This document shows positions 1 to 9,033 of a stretch of 64,000 nucleotides of DNA, one piece after another. The DNA is from Coleofasciculus sp. B1-GNL1-01 (GTDB lineage: Bacteria > Cyanobacteriota > Cyanobacteriia > Cyanobacteriales > Coleofasciculaceae), in the NCBI GenBank assembly GCA_040220235.1, contig JAVJTO010000063.1; one strand, given 5' to 3'. The translations under genes and the position numbers were made by a program. The notes under the pieces were generated by a model. That model saw only the letters and a list, made by a program, of their open reading frames with translations, did no database searches and was not told the origin of the DNA. How positions within the stretch are numbered: the first letter of the stretch is position 1; the number at the start of each line of letters is the position of its first letter.

Positions 1-550
1 CAATCCACAGAAATGGAGAATTAATAACTTCTTCCATCAATTCAATGAGTTCAGGTTGTAAAAATAAACAGTATTTTTCCATAGTGCGGTTTAAGGAATC
101 CTTAAACTGCGAGCATTCACGTAATAGATAATCTGACCAATCCGCTTCAATTGCGCCCAAGACAGGGGCTGGTTTTGAAAAATCGAGAAACGCTAATTCT
201 TCAAAAAATGTATGATCAAATAAGTCAACGACTGTTTGATAATTTTTATCGGGTTTTTCGGCAATAGCCGCCTTAAACATATTAAAAAATAAATAAAAGT
301 GACGCCGAAGCGGTCTCCTTAGTTGCAGGAATGCCACACCTTCTAGTTTTCTGCGTTGATTTTCTTGATCGATCGCAATGACCCGATCAATCGAAAAGAC
401 GACAATTAGAATGCCAGTAATTTCTGAGGCAATATCTAAAGAAAAGGATTTGAGCCAAGGATATTGACCCGAACTTAGGAAATAAACGAAAAAGCAGCAG
501 CCCAATAAGATAGGAAGTACAACATAAGGAGTTTTAAAAGATTTTCTCAT
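1..550 (-). CDS. Hypothetical membrane protein, runs off the window start
   Basis: Hand-translated from ATG at 550: MRKSFKTPYVVLPILLGCCFFVYFL...DIASEITGILIVVFSIDRV, two N-terminal hydrophobic segments; absent from the ORF track because it is truncated. Confidence 0.7.
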   Translation of the reverse strand, partial: MRKSFKTPYVVLPILLGCCFFVYFLSSGQYPWLKSFSLDIASEITGILIVVFSIDRVIAIDQENQRRKLEGVAFLQLRRPLRRHFYLFFNMFKAAIAEKPDKNYQTVVDLFDHTFFEELAFLDFSKPAPVLGAIEADWSDYLLRECSQFKDSLNRTMEKYCLFLQPELIELMEEVINSPFLWI

Positions 551-604
551 CTTATCGCCTGCTACTTTGCTTGAGCGTCCGGGTTATTGAGAAAAGATCA
601 TCTT

Positions 605-949
605 CTATTGCAAGAAACCCTCTGCTGCTAATAATCCTACAGAAAAGAGTACCGTAGCCATTAGCGAAAAAACCATCATCATGCCAGAAGGCATAAAGCT
701 GCGGGTGCGGAAAAGGCGAATAATAAAAACGATAAATAACACTAGAGAAATTAAGGTGGCGAGTCCGAGTCCCATAATGGGGATAATCCGACAAAGCCAC
801 CAAGCCACCAAAAGTCCCAGACCACTACTGATACCCGAAATTAGGGATTTTTGGCTTTTGGCTTTGACATACCCGATTACGCCACCCACCAAAACGAGTA
901 AAGCGTAGATTAAAACAAATCCGGTAATAATTGGCAATAAGTTGTTCAT
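605..949 (-). CDS. TMEM14 family small membrane protein
   Basis: YALLVLVGGVIGYVKAKSQKSLISG motif; four hydrophobic segments. Confidence 0.85.
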   Translation of the reverse strand: MNNLLPIITGFVLIYALLVLVGGVIGYVKAKSQKSLISGISSGLGLLVAWWLCRIIPIMGLGLATLISLVLFIVFIIRLFRTRSFMPSGMMMVFSLMATVLFSVGLLAAEGFLQ

Positions 950-1230
950 GTTAGGAAAATTTGGCTGGATTTAAAGATTAGCCATACAGTAATGCATCGT
1001 ATTGATTATACTCGCTTTGCCGCTACCTGAGATGTAAAGGCTCCAAGGCTGCACTTGTTTCTGGTATCTGCTTTTTCGTCTAGGGTTAACTGGCGAGTTA
1101 CTTCCGCTGCGCTATGCTAATAAATCACCCAAAAACGACTGCCCTTTACGGCAGCCCAATCCCCCGCCTCCCGTCTTCATAGACGGGGGAATAGCTTTTC
1201 CATGACTTTTAGGCTTTTACAGGAATTGGT

Positions 1231-1599
1231 TTAGAAGGAAGAACCGTTGGAGTGGTCGTTGTAATGGGATTTCCCATGCCAATTCATCGTGTCAGTCATG
1301 TTGTCTTCGAGTTCCATGCGTTGTTCCATGCGACGTAGAAAATAGCCCGTCATCATCGCCGAAGCCAACAATCCAGCTAAGTTTTCGCGATCTGTGGTAA
1401 CTTGTACATTAAAACTCTCAGATGGAAGCATGCCCACCAGTCCTTGGACATTCTGGGAAATGATTTGCTGAATTTCCGGGCTGGCAGATTTGGCAACCTG
1501 GGACAGCACATCGGGGGATTGGTGTTGGAGATAGTTCAGGAGTTGGTTGGTTGCGTCATCTTCAGGGGGAGAATTGAGGAAGTCAGAGTTAAATACCAT
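1231..1599 (-). CDS. DUF760 domain protein
   Basis: LVGMLPSESFNVQVTTDRENLAGLLASAMMTGYFLR signature. Confidence 0.9.
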   Translation of the reverse strand: MVFNSDFLNSPPEDDATNQLLNYLQHQSPDVLSQVAKSASPEIQQIISQNVQGLVGMLPSESFNVQVTTDRENLAGLLASAMMTGYFLRRMEQRMELEDNMTDTMNWHGKSHYNDHSNGSSF

Positions 1600-1748
1600 T
1601 AGAAATTAAAAGATGTGACTTACTTGTTTCTACTCTAAACGATTGTACTAGCTACCGACTTGGTGCTTTGGTTCAACAGTCCTAGTTCTTAAGGAAGAAA
1701 TTCAGGATTGTCCTTGTGGCTGAAGGATAAGCTCAAATGAAGTGGTGC

Positions 1749-2240
1749 TTAGGATTGAGAGGATGTCCGTAGGGACGGTAGGAGGTTATCGAGTTCAAAG
1801 TGTTGATGAAATTTATTGGTGACTTGCAACCAGTAGGAACGACCATCAGTTTGTCGGCGTCTGCTGACAAATCCGAGGGAGATGAGTTCTTGAACATGCT
1901 GATAGGCACCACTACCGCGTAAGTCGATCAGTTCAGTTTGAGCAATAGGTTGTTTGATTGCGATCGCTGCTAAGGTTCTCAATGCTCCTACACCTAATTC
2001 AGCAGGCACTAGACTTTGCATTAACGTAGCAAATGAAGCCCGTAACTGCAAGCTATAGCCCTTTGGCGTCTCGACGACTTCTAGGGCGCTGTCTCGATAG
2101 GCATAGTCTGACATCAGTTCAATTAAAGCATCTTCTACCGCCGAGCGATCGCATCTGGCGCACTCAGCAATTTCCGTCAGGGACAAGGGTTTGCCCTTTA
2201 AGTATAGAATCGCTTCAATTTGGGTCGCTAGACGAGGCAT
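1749..2240 (-). CDS. scpB: SMC-Scp complex subunit ScpB
   Basis: IEAILY, LRTLAAIAIKQPI and DLRG motifs. Confidence 0.92.
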   Translation of the reverse strand: MPRLATQIEAILYLKGKPLSLTEIAECARCDRSAVEDALIELMSDYAYRDSALEVVETPKGYSLQLRASFATLMQSLVPAELGVGALRTLAAIAIKQPIAQTELIDLRGSGAYQHVQELISLGFVSRRRQTDGRSYWLQVTNKFHQHFELDNLLPSLRTSSQS

Positions 2241-2403
2241 TGGGGATTGGGGACGTTTTGAGTGTTGAATGTGTAGGGGCGGGTTTAGGGAGTTCGCTCA
2301 AGCTGTTGACGATAACTTGGGTTCAAAACCCGCCCTTACCGAGTGTTGAGTGATGAGGGATTAAGGATTGGGGATTAGGGATTGGCAAGTACCGAAATGC
2401 TCA

Positions 2404-3279
2404 TCAATCGAGTTGTCGTCCCGTCAGTTCCACAAAGATATCTTCTAAATTTGAGGGACGAACCATCATACCCGTTTTATCCGGTAAGCTGTCAAGGTAG
2501 GCATTGGCATCATCTAGAGTGGGAAAGAACTTATACTCGAAGCGATCGCCAATTTGTTTCATCAGTAACCCTTCACCATGGTTAGCTTTCAGTTGTTGCA
2601 GGGTTCCCAGCTCAATTAGCTTACCACAGTCCATAATCCCGATGCGTCCTGGCTGACTTGCCCCATACGCATCACACAATACCTCCACCTCGTCCATATA
2701 ATGCGTCGTCAGCAGCATAGTCATCCCTTGGCGGTTTAAATCGCGAATAATCTCCCACAGGCGGCGACGGGTTTGGGGATCAAGTCCCACCGTGGGTTCA
2801 TCTAAAAATAGAATTTTGGGTTGGTGCAGTAGCGCCCTAGCAATTTGCAGGCGACGCTTCATCCCACCGGATAGGGTTTTGACGGGCGAATCCCGCCTTT
2901 GGGCTAATTCTACGTACTCCAACCACTGGTTAATCAGGGTTTGCCGTCGGGGATTGGCAATGTGGTGCAAACGTCCGTGGAGTTCCATATTCTCCCAAAC
3001 GGTCAGGTCGTTATCAACACTGGTTTGTTGCAACACGACACCAATATTTTGCTTAACTTCAGCCGGTTGGCGCACCACATTGTAACCTGCAATCTCAATT
3101 TGCCCTTCGGTGGGTCGGGTTAAGGTGGTTAACATGCGAATTGTCGTCGATTTCCCCGCACCGTTGGGACCGAGTAGACCAAATATCTCTCCCGATTCGA
3201 TAGTGAAGGAGAGGTCATTAACCACAGGAATTTTATCGTAGGTTTTTTGAACGTGTTGGACACAAACAGCAGAGGGCAT
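2404..3279 (-). CDS. ABC transporter ATP-binding protein (ABC-2/NodI-like exporter)
   Basis: GPNGAGKS, LSGGMKRR, LDEPTVGLDP, TTHY; ATG 3279 preferred over TTG 3303. Confidence 0.9.
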   Translation of the reverse strand: MPSAVCVQHVQKTYDKIPVVNDLSFTIESGEIFGLLGPNGAGKSTTIRMLTTLTRPTEGQIEIAGYNVVRQPAEVKQNIGVVLQQTSVDNDLTVWENMELHGRLHHIANPRRQTLINQWLEYVELAQRRDSPVKTLSGGMKRRLQIARALLHQPKILFLDEPTVGLDPQTRRRLWEIIRDLNRQGMTMLLTTHYMDEVEVLCDAYGASQPGRIGIMDCGKLIELGTLQQLKANHGEGLLMKQIGDRFEYKFFPTLDDANAYLDSLPDKTGMMVRPSNLEDIFVELTGRQLD

Positions 3280-3325
3280 TCGGTCTGACTCATAGTAGGA
3301 CAACTTTACATTTCATCATATCTTC

Positions 3326-3462
3326 GTCCCACACAATATCGTAATCAATGCCGAAGTAGTTATGGATTAAGCGGTCACGCATTCCCGCGATCGCACGCCA
3401 TTCAATTGTTGTTGATGTTCATGCAAGAGAGAGAATGCGTGAGATTTGGTTTTTACAGGCAT
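3326..3462 (-). pseudogene. Remnant of an MNT-HEPN (MntA/HepT, DUF86) toxin-antitoxin operon with a large internal deletion
   Basis: ATG 3462 gives MPVKTKSHAFSLLHEHQQQL (MNT-like N-terminus); another frame from about 3409 gives TIEWRAIAGMRDRLIHNYFGIDYDIVWD (DUF86 RxxxxH core). Confidence 0.75.
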
Positions 3463-3660
3463 AGTTTACTTAAACAAACCGAGCTGGTCTGATGTTGAGT
3501 CTATCACAGCGCTACGGTGGCAGGATTGGGTTCATACCTTAACCTTGCTGGCGTCGAGATAAGGTGGCATATTTAATAACTTTGAAGTTTCCGAGTTATC
3601 CTTGATTAAATTTGGCAGTAAACAATAACTTATACTCAAATACACCGATTACACGTACAC

Positions 3661-4410
3661 TTAGAGGATTTGGTGAATAGTCTCAATAACCTGCTCAACA
3701 AAATTAACTGCATCGCTGACGAGAATTTCATCAATGTACCAGCGGCTTCCGATATTATATGTAGGATCTATATCAGCTTCATGAGCAATTTTGTTTCTAC
3801 GATCAACTATCGCACTCAGTTGTTGTTTAACATCTTTGGCGGATCTGCCAAACTTCTGAGCAACCTCTTCCCACAATTTTTTATCTGAAATTAGTCGAAT
3901 GGCATCGGCTATTTTTTCAGGTTGCTGAAAGCTTTGATAGCTAAGACGTTCTCGAACTTTATCTTCTAGCCAAGAGGCATTATTCAGTCTGTTCAAAATG
4001 CCACTTGATATAACTGGGAGCAAAGCCGAAACTGTGTGAGATTGCTGCAAAAATGAGGAACCTTGACTTTGTTGAATTTCATTCTCTAACCAGGATGCAA
4101 TATCCATCGCTATCAATCGTTCTTGTCGTGCGCCACCTAGGGAAACTTGAAAACGAGAAAATGCAGATTGAGAACTGTTGCGTGGAGGATTAGGTTCGGA
4201 ACGCTGACCCCTGTGAATTTCTAGCATTCCTAGAGTTACAACTTCATGGATATAGTAATCCAAGGCGCTCACAGCTAGAACTAGAGCAGCTCTCAAAATA
4301 TCTGACAAATCTAGAGCGGTAGTAGATTGAGCCTTGACAGAGTTGTGAAGAGAAATCAGCTCTCGAACACGAACAATGCTGATTCGGAATTGATCAAGCG
4401 CTGACTGCAT
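3661..4410 (-). CDS. HEPN domain protein (RiboL-PSP-HEPN-like), putative RNase
   Basis: DILRAALVLAVSALDYYIHE helix; RRNKIAH RxxxxH motif; overlaps the parA stop by 17 nt. Confidence 0.8.
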   Translation of the reverse strand: MQSALDQFRISIVRVRELISLHNSVKAQSTTALDLSDILRAALVLAVSALDYYIHEVVTLGMLEIHRGQRSEPNPPRNSSQSAFSRFQVSLGGARQERLIAMDIASWLENEIQQSQGSSFLQQSHTVSALLPVISSGILNRLNNASWLEDKVRERLSYQSFQQPEKIADAIRLISDKKLWEEVAQKFGRSAKDVKQQLSAIVDRRNKIAHEADIDPTYNIGSRWYIDEILVSDAVNFVEQVIETIHQIL

Positions 4411-5467
4411 AGGAAGGAGAAGTGAGTCCTATAATCTTATCGGCTAAATCCGAAAATGTGCTTTCAAATTGTTCTTGCTTATCTTGAGCTTTTTCTATAA
4501 CATTGCCCTGCCATTTAGCAGAACGTAATTGCTCAGGTGTCAAGGCATAGACGGGTACTTGATACTCCTGTGACAGAGCGATTAACCTATTAAAGTCGGG
4601 AATTTTCGTAAGAGTGTAACTTTGATCAATACCATTCTCCCTATAAAGTTGATCGGGAAGCATCATGTTATTTTGCCTCAGAACGGGAATCAGTTTTTTA
4701 GGAATATCCTGTTCAATTCTTCGCATCCATGTTTCAAGAGCAGCAGTTTCATGGCCGCGAATAATCCGAAAGTTTTGGACAATAATACCTAAAAAGCGTA
4801 GTGTAATATCAGGAAATGGATAGGATGCTGCTTTCAATACAGGAAGCGAACTAGCCTGTTTCGCCCAGGCATACCATTTAGGTAAAATTTTAGCTAATGA
4901 ATCAATTGCCATTACAGAAAATAAATCGGCAGTAGTCGGTACTATAAAAAAGTCACTGGTCATTAGTAAATTTTGATTGATTGCTCCTAAGCTGGGAGTC
5001 ATATCAATCAAAATGTAATCTGCACTAAACTTTTTAGCCGTTTTATCTAATAAATCTGTGATAGAGCCGGGTAAGTTTTTGAGACCCTGAATTGAGCTAC
5101 CTAACTCTTGAGCAATTCCCAACGTGGCTTCATATTCTGCAAAACCAACATGACCAGGCAATAAAAACAGTCGTTCTTGTCCCTCAATGGGAATGCAATC
5201 TACTGCCTCAATAGCCCTGGGCTGTGACTCAAATGCTGGTGCTAGCCCTGTTCTAATATTTGAATCTGTACTGTAAATCGCCTCAATTCTTTCCTCGCCG
5301 CTCTCTGTTCCTTGCCCTAAAGCCATACCCGTTAAATTACACTGGGGGTCAGTATCTACAAGAATTACTGTTTTTCCCTTTGAGGCAAGCATCCAACCAA
5401 GATTAAATGTGGTTGTAGTTTTGCTAACTCCGCCTTTGTGATTAAAGAGGGCAATTTTTTGAACCAT
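4394..5467 (-). CDS. ParA/Soj-family ATPase (orphan, no parB)
   Basis: Deviant Walker A KGGVSKTT, VDTDPQCN, YILIDMTPSLG. Confidence 0.9.
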   Translation of the reverse strand: MVQKIALFNHKGGVSKTTTTFNLGWMLASKGKTVILVDTDPQCNLTGMALGQGTESGEERIEAIYSTDSNIRTGLAPAFESQPRAIEAVDCIPIEGQERLFLLPGHVGFAEYEATLGIAQELGSSIQGLKNLPGSITDLLDKTAKKFSADYILIDMTPSLGAINQNLLMTSDFFIVPTTADLFSVMAIDSLAKILPKWYAWAKQASSLPVLKAASYPFPDITLRFLGIIVQNFRIIRGHETAALETWMRRIEQDIPKKLIPVLRQNNMMLPDQLYRENGIDQSYTLTKIPDFNRLIALSQEYQVPVYALTPEQLRSAKWQGNVIEKAQDKQEQFESTFSDLADKIIGLTSPSYAVSA

Positions 5468-5578
5468 TGCACTTACCGCCTCTTAGTTGTTCAACTTTAT
5501 GTTTTAGTATAACTTGATTCTGACTCTTCCGGACTTACTCTGCAAAATGGTTAGTTTCAAGAACTCCCATGCTAGCTC

Positions 5579-5707
5579 TAAGCTGTTCGGCATTTAAACC
5601 TTAATGTCTAATAATGGCGAAAGCCTTGTAGTGCGTTTAGCGAAGCCATGCCGCAGGCTTTGCATCTTGCTCGCTACTAATACCCAATTTAAATGCATGA
5701 CAGCTTA
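5579..5707. mobile_element. MITE-like element, family A (TAAGCTGT...ACAGCTTA), carrying a 26-nt internal insert
   Basis: 8-bp terminal inverted repeat with TA ends; related copies at 16787, 17628 and 37373. Confidence 0.75.
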
Positions 5708-5819
5708 CCTAGGTTTTATACCCCAATAGTCACCTGAGCAGCACAGAATTGAAATACAAAGCCTTGCTAAAATGGAATTACAGCAGTTTGCTCGGCTATG
5801 CTGTACATTGTCGATCCCC

Positions 5820-6110
5820 CTAAATCCCCCATGAAACAAAAAGCGAAGCATCCTTGGTAGGAATGGGTAATTGTTCAGCTTCAAATTTACTGTAAAATCT
5901 ATAAGCAGGAGGACAAACAGAACCGTATCGCCATGCTTGGATTTCTTCATCAAACAATGGCTCATCGTACAAGGCTAAATGTAGACTTTGTACATAATAC
6001 AGAAGCTTTTGAACCTTCATATTGGTCATTTCAGCTTCTATACCGTCCTCGTATGCTCTGACAATGAAGTAGCGAGCTGCATTGAAACATAACTCAACTA
6101 ACGATACCAC
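5820..6110 (-). pseudogene. Panacea (DUF4065/SocA-like) antitoxin, 3'-truncated
   Basis: MTNMKVQKLLYYVQSLHLALYDEPLFDEEIQAWRYG motif; after LPIPTK the frame enters a dispersed repeat and stops, lacking the family's later TH...PW motif. Confidence 0.75.
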
Positions 6111-6187
6111 AAGCGTTTCAAGTTGTATAAATTTTACCTACCCTACATCCAATCGGCTGATTGAGGATGATGCAGGATTTGAATCGC

Positions 6188-7498
6188 TTATCTCGCTTGC
6201 AAACTTGACTCAATTGTATAATCCTTTGATACTGGAATGGGTTCTACCAGCGAAAAGCCCAACAAACGCAGACCCCAACGCTCAAACCAAGGTACAGATA
6301 ACCCCCATCGCATCTTAGTTAAGAAAAATCGCTCAAAGGCAATCTTTAACCAGCTTACCCAACGACCGCGTTTGGCGATCGCACGTCGCCGTTGACCTGT
6401 TTTGGGATTAGGTAAAACGGGATCAGCTAAGAAGACAATTCCTGTATCACCAAAATCCGCCATACAAATCGCTGCTAAGGTTGGCGTCACCGATGCCGCT
6501 TGAATCACACCCAATTCTCTGGCAATATTGTGCGCCACCGCCATACCCATCGCCTCCGCCATTTGCCCCGTTTTTGGCACACCGATAGGCAATGGTGTCT
6601 TTTCCGGTGGCGATAACTGCACAACCACTCCCGCACTATAGATAGAGGGAAATGAGGGATGCTGATACGTCGGTAATACAGGTAGAAAACCCTTGTGATC
6701 ACTCAACCCAGGGACATCTCGGACAAAGCTTGGTCCCCGGAACGGCGGTAGCAGCATGGCGTAATGGAATGGTAGCCTATGACCTTCTGCTAAGGTGATC
6801 TGTTGGGGATGAATGGCAGTAATTTCAGCATTCTCAATCACCTCAATCTGCCGTTGGCGCATTAATTCAGTCACCAATTCCGCCGAATCTGCCATACCCC
6901 CAATTCCCAAATGACCCCCATAAGGTTCTGGGGTGACAAACGTAATCGGTACTTTTTCTCGCAATCCTTGTCGCCGCAGTATCCAATCGGCTAATAGGGC
7001 AAACTCATAAGCCGGTCCCATACAACTCGCACCCGGAACCGCCCCCACAACCAAGGGTCCAGGATTTTCCAGAAATTTCGCCCACGCTTCTTTTGCCATC
7101 AAAGCATGGTGAGGATTGCACACCGATTGGGTGTAACCGTTATCAGGTCCTAATCCTGGTATGGTATCTAGGGCTAATTCTGCTCCGGTAGCAATCACTA
7201 CATAGTCATAATTAATAGTTCTGTCTCCCACCCTTAACCATTGAGCATGGGGGTCAATATCCGTTACCTTACCTTGAACAAACTCAATTTGACGGGATTT
7301 TACCACAGAAGCAATATCTACTTGAATTCGCTGGAGTGGAGTTAAATTGAACGCAACCCACGGGAGAGAGGGAATAAACGTAAATTTAGGTTTGTCACAA
7401 ATTAACGTAATTTGGTGGACGTGAGGCAGGAGATGCCGCAGTTCGTAAGCGGTGGGTAGTCCGCCAATACCCGCACCGATTACCACAATATGAGCCAT
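6188..7498 (-). CDS. sqr: Sulfide:quinone oxidoreductase, type I (SqrA-like)
   Basis: MAHIVVIGAGIGG FAD motif; three conserved Cys in SVCNP, GASCMGPAYE and AAICMADFGD; VPKTG; likely start ATG 7498. Confidence 0.92.
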   Translation of the reverse strand: MAHIVVIGAGIGGLPTAYELRHLLPHVHQITLICDKPKFTFIPSLPWVAFNLTPLQRIQVDIASVVKSRQIEFVQGKVTDIDPHAQWLRVGDRTINYDYVVIATGAELALDTIPGLGPDNGYTQSVCNPHHALMAKEAWAKFLENPGPLVVGAVPGASCMGPAYEFALLADWILRRQGLREKVPITFVTPEPYGGHLGIGGMADSAELVTELMRQRQIEVIENAEITAIHPQQITLAEGHRLPFHYAMLLPPFRGPSFVRDVPGLSDHKGFLPVLPTYQHPSFPSIYSAGVVVQLSPPEKTPLPIGVPKTGQMAEAMGMAVAHNIARELGVIQAASVTPTLAAICMADFGDTGIVFLADPVLPNPKTGQRRRAIAKRGRWVSWLKIAFERFFLTKMRWGLSVPWFERWGLRLLGFSLVEPIPVSKDYTIESSLQAR

Positions 7499-7520
7499 GA
7501 TTACACCACTGTTTATTAAC

Positions 7521-7549
7521 ACTATACAACTTTGTAACTATATTTACAA
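7521..7549 (-). promoter_or_regulatory. Predicted sqr promoter (TTGTAA-N17-TATAGT) overlapped by palindrome TTGTAA-N6-TTACAA, which also fits the NtcA box GTA-N8-TAC
   Basis: Plus strand 7532-7549 TTGTAACTATATTTACAA; -10 (ACTATA on plus) at 7521-7526. Confidence 0.6.
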
Positions 7550-7610
7550 TCTATATGGACTGAGCCGCACTCCACGAACGCGAGATGCCAAAACGAAATA
7601 CCTTTACCCT

Positions 7611-7677
7611 GTAGGGGCGACCCGCTTGCATCAATCAACAACTGGCGTCCACTCAATCGGTTCGGGTCGCCCTCTAC
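7611..7677. repeat. GTAG-tagged REP-like inverted repeat
   Basis: GTAGGGGCGACCCG...CGGGTCGCCCTCTAC. Confidence 0.75.
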
Positions 7678-7730
7678 GAAGCATCACCAGCACCTGAAGT
7701 AGGTTAAGCACATCTCATACAACTTATTGC

Positions 7731-7760
7731 TTGACTAAATAGCCAAATAGCTATTAAACT
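7731..7760 (+). promoter_or_regulatory. Predicted petC-operon promoter TTGACT-N18-TAAACT with an operator-like palindrome AATAGC-N6-GCTATT in the spacer
   Basis: -35 at 7731-7736, palindrome 7738-7755, -10 at 7755-7760; RBS GGAGGA at 7795-7800. Confidence 0.55.
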
Positions 7761-7805
7761 AATTAACAAATCGTAAATTTTTTTTACACAAATCGGAGGA
7801 TATCC

Positions 7806-8339
7806 ATGGAAGACAGTCTATCGATGCAAAGTCCCTCAATGTCTCGGCGACAGCTTCTCAACTTCCTCACCGGAGCAACTATCGCCGCTACAGCTAGCGC
7901 CGCCCTCTATCCAGCCGCTAAATTCTTTGTCCCACCCCAAGAAGGGGGCGCAGATGGTTCGATTATCGCCAAAGATAAATTAGGGAATCCCATCCCCGTG
8001 TCCCAGATAGTAGCCCAAGGTGCAGGTACCCGTGCTTTGGTCGCGGGTTTAGCAGGTGAACCGACGTATTTAACCGTTACCGACGATAACACCTTAGACT
8101 CAATCGGAATTGTCGATAACTGCACCCACTTAGGTTGTACCTTTCCTTGGAACAATATCGACCAACAATTTCAATGTCCCTGTCACGGGTCTCGTTATAG
8201 TCCCGATGGTTCTGTTGTCCGGGGTCCGGCTGACCGTCCCCTAAAACTGGTGCAGGTTAATATCGAAGGCGACTACATCCGCATAGCGCCTTGGACGGAA
8301 ACTGATCCCCGCACTGGGGAAACACCGTGGTGGGTGTAA
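7806..8339 (+). CDS. petC: Cytochrome b6f Rieske iron-sulfur subunit (petC paralog without adjacent petA)
   Basis: Tat RRQLL, CTHLGC and CPCHGS boxes, [15 protein letters not shown]-terminus. Confidence 0.92.
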   Translation: MEDSLSMQSPSMSRRQLLNFLTGATIAATASAALYPAAKFFVPPQEGGADGSIIAKDKLGNPIPVSQIVAQGAGTRALVAGLAGEPTYLTVTDDNTLDSIGIVDNCTHLGCTFPWNNIDQQFQCPCHGSRYSPDGSVVRGPADRPLKLVQVNIEGDYIRIAPWTETDPRTGETPWWV

Positions 8340-8578
8340 ACTTTAATCATTTTGTCTGATACCAAGTTTGTATGACGTTGCACTTTTACCCCACCGCCTA
8401 CGGCACCTCCCTTTAGTAAGGGGAGGTTGGGAGGGGTGAATGAGTATTAGGGGCAATGTTATGAAGAAAGGGTATGGGATTTCCTGGTATTTCCCACGTT
8501 CCTATAGACTTTCGGTCAAATATGTCTACGGAAACAGCAACGTCATTGAATTTTAACATGTTGAATTGGAAATAACTT

Positions 8579-8956
8579 ATGAACTCTGTCTGTTCTTTTT
8601 CTCCTTCTGTCAAAGACTGTTCTCCCCAAGAATTTGTCCACTCTGCAAATCAGCCTTTACTTATCGATGTCCGCAGTGGGTTTGAATATGCCATGGGTCA
8701 CGCTCCCAGCGCAATTAACCTCAGTTTACCCCGCCTTATTATCGGCATGATCCCGATGTTTCGCCGCTGGGTTTTACCGCAATGGTTCCAAGATTTGCCC
8801 AAAGACAAACCCATTGCCGTTATTTGTTTAACCGCCCATCGCAGTCCTATTGCTGCCAAACAACTAGCTAAAGCGGGTTTTGCTAAAGTGTTTAACATCA
8901 CGGGCGGTATGGTGGAATGGCGACGGTTAGGCTTAGAGATTCAAACCAATTCGTAA
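8579..8956 (+). CDS. Single-domain rhodanese (sulfurtransferase)
   Basis: LIDVRSGFEYAMGHAPSA, active-site loop CLTAHR, GGMVEW. Confidence 0.88.
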   Translation: MNSVCSFSPSVKDCSPQEFVHSANQPLLIDVRSGFEYAMGHAPSAINLSLPRLIIGMIPMFRRWVLPQWFQDLPKDKPIAVICLTAHRSPIAAKQLAKAGFAKVFNITGGMVEWRRLGLEIQTNS

Positions 8957-9033
8957 GGGAATCGCTGCTAGGAAACAAGCTGGATGCTAACTTGCTACCA
9001 TGAAAGTTCCCTAATTGTGAATGGTAAATCGTT

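Noticed and set aside
1138..1192. Hairpins resembling an IS200/IS605 end
   Set aside because: No tnpA or tnpB remnant adjacent; equally explained as the DUF760 terminator
4394..5467. Chromosome or plasmid partition locus
   Set aside because: No parB, parS or rep nearby; the gene is coupled to a HEPN gene instead
7773..7787. Second NtcA box before petC
   Set aside because: Spacing is GTA-N9-TAC over a T run, not N8
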